Of a stretch of DNA of 15,115 nucleotides, positions 10,410-15,115 are shown piece by piece; the first letter of the stretch is position 1, and each line of letters starts with the position of its first letter. The DNA comes from Azolla caroliniana. Lineage: Eukaryota; Plantae; Polypodiophyta. Below the pieces are notes generated by a model. That model did no database searches and was not told where the DNA came from. It worked only from the letters and a program-made list of their open reading frames with translations. The stretch covers positions 1 through 15,115 of the forward strand of contig JBHGNT010000815.1 in NCBI GenBank assembly GCA_043228905.1. The letters run 5' to 3'. The translations under genes were made by a program, and so were the position numbers.

Positions 10410-10851
10410 TGTTGAGAGACAAAGCTCAACATGGGCCGAATCAACTAAAGAAGCCAAGAGCCAAATCGGACGAACGTTGATCGGCTAGGTCAGAATCAGC
10501 TAAATAAGCCATAAGCCGAATCAATTAGTCGAGTCGGATGGAGTTTGACAGACCGTTAGGGAGCCTATATGCTTATTTTAGTAAATAGGCCTATTATAGT
10601 CTAATTAGCGTCATGCTCATTCATGAGCATTAAAGTACTGATAATACTTGTGTCAACCTACTCGTTAGGGCTTGTATAAAAAGTGCTCTTGTGAGCACAT
10701 TGTATGTACTGAGCATTATTTTTGTAATAAAAGTTTTTTGCGTCTCCTCTCTCTCTCTCTCCTACTTTGTGTATTCCTAATTGTTTGCTCTTTGTTGTCA
10801 AGCTGAGTTGGCCGTGTTCGCACATAACGCTTCCACATGTAATCTTTTACA
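10410..10851 (+). repeat. 5' LTR of the outer copia, 442 bp
   Basis: TGTTGAGAG...TTTTACA directly followed by the PBS. Start resembles the inner LTR start (TGTTGAGAATCAAGCTCAAC vs TGTTGAGAGACAAAGCTCAAC). TATAAA at ~10675, AATAAA at ~10726. Predicted TSD GAGTA (10405-10409). Confidence 0.85.
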
Positions 10852-10863
10852 TGGTATCAGAGC
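10852..10863 (+). promoter_or_regulatory. Primer-binding site, tRNA-iMet
   Basis: TGGTATCAGAGC, the canonical plant iMet PBS. Confidence 0.95.
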
Positions 10864-10948
10864 ACGAGGGTTAGAAGAATCCTTTGCAGTCGACACGTGA
10901 ACAAGCACAGAGACGAGTTTTGTCTTCTAGAGAAGAAAAGATAAGAAC

Positions 10949-11308
10949 ATGGGCAGAGGCATGGGAAGCTCGCTTCCAACGAAGAAGCTCAATAGAAGCA
11001 ACTACACATCTTGGTCATACAATATGCACCAGTACCTCCTCAAACACAAGTACTAGAATTATGTCGAAGGAGCTAATGATGCAGCACTAGAGTCAACACA
11101 CAGAGATTTCTCGACCTAGGAACAGGTGGCGAGTAGAGTCTTGTACTGCTCCACATCCTATTTGAGTGACAAGTTATTGAGCTATATCCGGGACGCCAAG
11201 ACACCAACAGATGTGTGGGCGAATCTTAAACAGATTTTTCCCGCCAACACAACGGTCAGGAAGCTGCAACTCAAGCAGGAGCTCAGCAATGTCCGACAAA
11301 AAGATCTG
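10949..11308 (+). pseudogene. gag: gag remnant of the outer copia (N-terminal part)
   Basis: MGRGMGSSLPTKKLNRSNYTSWSYNMHQYL...Y*...*EQVASRVLYC...RKLQLKQELSNVRQKDL; two in-frame stops; aligns to the inner Gag MGSALTTEKLDRNNFASWEYKMHQYL. Confidence 0.9.
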
Positions 11309-11693
11309 TGTAAAGAATCGGATATTATTCTAGTGAAGCAGAAGAGATGTGAGTTATGTGTGTGTGTAAGAAAGAGAGAGAGAGAGAGAGTGAGTGAAAC
11401 ACAAAGAATACGCAAGGTAAAAGTATATTGACAAAGGAGAAAGACTCAACAACATACAAGGTGGGAGGAGGGTGCTTTATGCAGTCACCCTCTCTCTTCA
11501 TTAACTACAAGGCTCATGGAGCATGGGGAATGTGAAAGCTCATAAGTTATATGTCATAGAATATGATTCTATGACTCATACTAAATGCTAGAATACAAAG
11601 AGGTGACTTAATGGTGACTCTTGACCGTTGGAGTGTTTATTCACTCTCAAGGTGAGTTCACACACTAGACCAAGTTGAGCTTGATTCTCAACA
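11309..11693 (-). repeat. 3' LTR of the inner copia, 385 bp
   Basis: TGTAAAGAATCGG...GATTCTCAACA; direct repeat of 14593-14975 with about 10 substitutions and a 2-bp indel (manual count). Confidence 0.95.
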
Positions 11694-11814
11694 ATCTGTC
11701 AGTGGCCGATTACACTACCTAGATCAAGGAGATCTAGGACTCTCTCGCCTCCATCAACATGATCGTCGAGGAGGACGAAATGGTACAAGTCTTTCTCAGA
11801 GGGTTGGCTTCTAG
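11694..11814 (+). repeat. Duplicated copy of the inner element's right flank (TSD plus outer gag) lying inside the element
   Basis: Matches 14976-15089 with 2 substitutions and a 7-bp indel; translates as outer gag LSVADYTT*IKEI*DSLASINMIVEEDEMVQVFLRGLAS. Confidence 0.93.
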
Positions 11815-12825
11815 CTCCGATTGGTACCTCGAAACCACCGAACTCACTGTTGAGTGAGTGAGTCGACTCATCGTCGTTGAAGCGATCGTCTTCGTATTCC
11901 GACATTTTCGCCTTGCCTTTGTCCATCTTCGGGCTAGGCCATGATGTGCTTTGATCACTCAAAGGCTCTTGTGGTCCGCTCAATCGGGTCGTGATCGGAC
12001 TTTCTTCGAATATGCGCATAAGGCGATCTTCATCCTCGATCTCTTGTTCGGTGAATTCCGGGTTGAGCGGAGTCGGAGTTGGAGTTGTCTCTGGTGCGTA
12101 CCAGGATGCGGACTCGTAAAAAACGACATCTCGACTTACTCGAGATTTTCAAGTTGAGGGGTTGTAGCACTTGTACCCCTTTTGCTCTAATGAGTATCCT
12201 ACGAGGATACATTTCTCCGACTTCGGGTCAAGCTTTTGACGCTTCTCATTGGGGATGTGTACGTACGCTATCACGCCGAATATCCGGATGTGCGATAAGT
12301 CTGGCTTCTTTTCGAAGTATTTTTCGTGCGGAGTGACCTCGTGCACGCCGGATGTTGTGCACCGGTTCATTAGGTAAACAATTGTATTTGCAACTTCGGC
12401 CCAATATGACTTGGGCATATGCTTCTCGTTCATCATGGCCCGCGCTACTTCGAGGATGTGCCGATTTTTGCGCTCGGCTACTCCGTTTTGTTGCGGAGTG
12501 TGTCGGCAAGTGAATTCTCGCCGCCTTCCTTTCGGAGATACGCTGTGAAATCGTCCGAGAAGTACTCCTTGCCGCCATCCGATTGAAGGCATCGTACATG
12601 GCGGCCCGTGGCTTTCTCGACTTCATTCTTGAATTTTTGGAAGTGTCCGAACACTTCGCTCTTTTGTCGCATCGGGTAGATCCAAGTGTGCCTAGAGAAG
12701 TCGTCGATGAAGAGCATGTAATATCGGCATCCGCCGAATGTAGCCGTCTGCGCCGGTCCCCATACGTCGGAATGGACTACGTCGAGTAGACCTTTGCTCA
12801 CATTCCGCTCTTTCCGGAATGGGTG
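11815..12825 (-). pseudogene. Frameshifted copia integrase core and post-integrase linker, truncated before RT
   Basis: VHSDVWGP, FIDDFSR, LQSDGGKEY (12478..12801); TPQQNGVAERKNR, KLDPKSEKCILVGYS...KGYKCYNP (12149..12592); split across frames. Confidence 0.93.
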
Positions 12826-14433
12826 TCAGTGTTGCTTGCCGAATTGGCATGCTTCGCATACACCTTCAATCTCCTTCTCTTTGAATGTCGGGAGTCCGAT
12901 GACGACTCCTTTCGATTTCATTGCTTTGAGTTTGTTGAGATTGATATGGCCGATTCGCTTGTGCCATAGCTCTATGTCGGAGTCGGCTTTCGTGTTTTTC
13001 GTGAACATGGCGGATTTCATCTTGCGTGAATCGAGAATGAACATCCGGCTCTCTCTTCGTCTGCGTGCGATGAGTCGGCCCTCTTTTTCGATGAAGCAAC
13101 CGCCTTGATTAAATCGAACTTGCATCCCTTGCTCTACAATTTGGCCGACGGAGACCAAATTCTTCGTAATGGTTAGTACATGCAAGACATTTTTAATGTA
13201 ATTTTGCTTACCTTCTTTTCCGAACGGAATATTGCCAATGTGCCAAATCAGGTGCGTAGTGTCGTCTTTGGTTTCGACATAGCCGGGTCGGTCTAGCTCT
13301 CGAAGTTCTCGGAACCATTCTTGATGCGATGTCATATGGTTCGAGGCACCGGAATCGACGAACCATACGTCTTCCGGACCGGAGGCACTAGTTGAGGTAG
13401 CGGCCAACATAGAGTTTTCTCTATGTTTCATCATGAACATTCCGCCACGGTCAGAGTTGTGCGCATACATTCCGCCACGATCTTCGTAGTCGGAGTTGTG
13501 CCCGTACATTTCGCCACGGTCGGAGTTGTGTGCATACATTCCGCCACGATCTTCGTAGTCGGAGTTGTGTGTGTAATTCGTGAGTTGTCGGCTTGTGGAA
13601 GCCGATTCACGCATCTTCTTTCGGCACTCTTCTTCGTGGTGGCTGAGCTTTCCGCAATATCCGCATTCAGTTGCGTTTTGACGGCTCGGGCCAGAGTGGA
13701 AGCTCCCCCTTCTTGCGAAGGTTCCTCGTTGGCCTCCGTTTTGCGGCCGAAATTGGGAGTTGTTGTCGTAGGTCGGACCTCGTCCGCCTTGTCCTTGGCC
13801 GAATCGGCCTCTCGCTCGCCCGCGTCCTCTTCCTCCATTAGAGTGCGTGTAGAGCACGTGGCCTTCCGACTCATTGCTCCTTGTACGCACGTGGTTTTCT
13901 TCGACCAATAGCATTGATTGGAGCTCGAAGAAGGAGGGAGATTTCTCCCGTGCTAGAACGGTGGTTCGCATCGCGCCGAACCGTGGTGCGAGGCCACCGA
14001 GGCATATTTGCACCATTTCATCATCATCTATACTTACGCTTTTTGAGCCGAGCGAGTCACAAAGCTCCTTGATCTTCAAGGTGTATGTCGTGATGGACAT
14101 GTCCCTTTGTTGAATGTTGTTCAACTCTTGGCGGAGTTGAAGCTTCCTCGTGGTCGTGTTGGCGGCGAAAATCTTTCGTAGATTTTCCCATGCTTCCTTC
14201 GGCGTCTTGGCTTCTCGAATGTAACCAAGCATGTGGTTGTGAACACATGTCACCAAACAATACATCACGCAGCTTGCGGCTTGCTCCCATGTCGCGTATC
14301 CGGGAGCCGCTCCTTTGATGTAGCTCCAATAGCCTTGTCCGACAAGGTATTGGTGCATCTTGTACTCCCAAGATGCGAAGTTGTTTCGATCCAACTTCTC
14401 GGTAGTGAGAGCACTCCCCATTTGAGTATTCAT
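12826..14433 (-). CDS. gag-pol: Copia Gag-protease-pre-integrase polyprotein, 535 aa, ending at a premature stop
   Basis: Gag N-terminus KLDRNNFASW, RG-rich tract, zinc knuckle CGYCGKLSHHEEEC, protease WFVDSGASNHM, WHKRIGH...CEACQFGKQH*. Confidence 0.93.
   Translation of the reverse strand: MNTQMGSALTTEKLDRNNFASWEYKMHQYLVGQGYWSYIKGAAPGYATWEQAASCVMYCLVTCVHNHMLGYIREAKTPKEAWENLRKIFAANTTTRKLQLRQELNNIQQRDMSITTYTLKIKELCDSLGSKSVSIDDDEMVQICLGGLAPRFGAMRTTVLAREKSPSFFELQSMLLVEENHVRTRSNESEGHVLYTHSNGGRGRGRARGRFGQGQGGRGPTYDNNSQFRPQNGGQRGTFARRGSFHSGPSRQNATECGYCGKLSHHEEECRKKMRESASTSRQLTNYTHNSDYEDRGGMYAHNSDRGEMYGHNSDYEDRGGMYAHNSDRGGMFMMKHRENSMLAATSTSASGPEDVWFVDSGASNHMTSHQEWFRELRELDRPGYVETKDDTTHLIWHIGNIPFGKEGKQNYIKNVLHVLTITKNLVSVGQIVEQGMQVRFNQGGCFIEKEGRLIARRRRESRMFILDSRKMKSAMFTKNTKADSDIELWHKRIGHINLNKLKAMKSKGVVIGLPTFKEKEIEGVCEACQFGKQH
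13437..13574. repeat. In-frame higher-order tandem repeat, (30+39 bp) x2, between zinc knuckle and protease
   Basis: Encodes HNSDYEDRGGMYA-HNSDRGEMYG-HNSDYEDRGGMYA-HNSDRGGMF. Confidence 0.92.
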
Positions 14434-14580
14434 TATGTAGATTCTTCTTCTTCTTCTTCTCTCTTCGAATGCGAGCTATGTAGCGAAGCTACGATAGCTA
14501 TGAGCCGGTTCTTGGTCGTCGGCATAGAGCACAACACACGATCACGATGAGGCGAATGGGCTAGATCGAGCTACCAAATC

Positions 14581-14592
14581 GCTCTAATACCA
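14581..14592 (-). promoter_or_regulatory. tRNA-iMet primer-binding site of the inner copia (one mismatch)
   Basis: Minus strand reads TGGTATTAGAGC immediately after LTR end TTTACA. Confidence 0.9.
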
Positions 14593-14975
14593 TGTAAAGA
14601 ATCGGATATGATTCTTGTGAAGCGAAAGAGATGTGAGTTATGTGTGTGTGTAAGAAACAGAGAGAGAGTGAGTGAGTGAAACACAAAGAATACGCAAGGT
14701 AAAAGTATATTGACAAAGGAGAAAGACTCAACAACATACAAGGTGGGAGGAGGGTGCTTTATGCAGTCACCCTCTCTCTTCATTAACTACAAGACTCATG
14801 GAGCATGGGGAATGTGAAAGCTCATAAGTTATGTGTCATAGAATATGATTCTATGACTCATACTAAATGCTAGAATACAAAGAGGTGACTTAATGGTGAC
14901 TCTTGACCGTTGGAGTATCTATTCACTCTCAAGGTGAGTTCACACACTAGACCAAGTTGAGCTTGATTCTCAACA
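14593..14975 (-). repeat. 5' LTR of the inner copia, 383 bp
   Basis: TG...CA termini, adjacent PBS, followed by TSD ATCTG at 14976-14980. Confidence 0.95.
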
Positions 14976-15115
14976 ATCTGTCAGTGGCCGATTACACTAC
15001 CTAGATCAAGGAGATCTAGGACTCTCTCGCCTCCATCAACATGATCATCGAGGAGGACGAAATGTCTATCTCAGAGGGTTGGCTTCTAGATTCGGATCAT
15101 TCAGAACGACGGTTT

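Larger units (their letters stand above)
11309..14975 (-). mobile_element. Inner Ty1/copia retrotransposon, non-autonomous (gag-protease-integrase retained; RT, RNase H and PPT absent)
   Basis: Two ~97% identical LTRs, outer TSD ATCTG (11304-11308 and 14976-14980), PBS, copia domain order gag-PR-IN. Confidence 0.95.
10410..15115 (+). mobile_element. Outer Ty1/copia LTR retrotransposon (5' part; continues beyond the right edge), interrupted at 11309-14975
   Basis: 5' LTR, PBS and gag remnant. Gag breaks at ...NVRQKDL (11308) and resumes after the inner element: SVADYTT*IKEI*DSLASINM...GLASRFGSFRTTV (14981-15115). Confidence 0.9.

Noticed and set aside
11309-11814. Treating the whole ~500-bp direct repeat (with 14593-15089) as the LTR
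   Set aside because: TG...CA termini, the ATCTG TSD and in-frame continuation of the outer gag show the LTR ends at 11693/14975.
11699-12019. 106-aa ORF as a separate gene
   Set aside because: Chance read-through from the copia post-integrase linker across the rearrangement junction into antisense outer gag.
13423-13911. Antisense and alternative-frame ORFs over gag (162 aa and 147 aa)
   Set aside because: Expected by-products of GC-rich, in-frame-repeat coding sequence; no recognisable domain.

Overview
Eukaryotic (land-plant) genomic DNA, not prokaryotic. It holds the 5' part of an anaphase-promoting complex subunit 7 (APC7) gene on the minus strand: 8 coding exons from 9901 down to 5570, 215 codons, all introns GT-AG, with the rest of the gene left of the window. 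The long introns are filled with degenerate APE/RT non-LTR retrotransposons (RTE-X-like), all sense to the gene; one is split by a 719-bp solo LTR. About 0.5 kb upstream of the ATG a plus-strand Ty1/copia element begins (LTR 10410-10851, tRNA-iMet PBS, dead gag). A related minus-strand copia is nested in its gag. That inner element is the most unusual structure here: it has lost RT/RNaseH/PPT and instead carries an internal ~120-bp copy of its own outer flank, giving three copies of the ATCTG target site. All three copia LTRs in the window carry a perfect G2/M MSA motif. TE-stuffed long introns suggest a fern or other non-angiosperm (weak inference). I found no evidence of a new protein-coding system; the novelty is in TE rearrangement and possible regulation. 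All alignments and family assignments were done by eye or from memory, without database searches.
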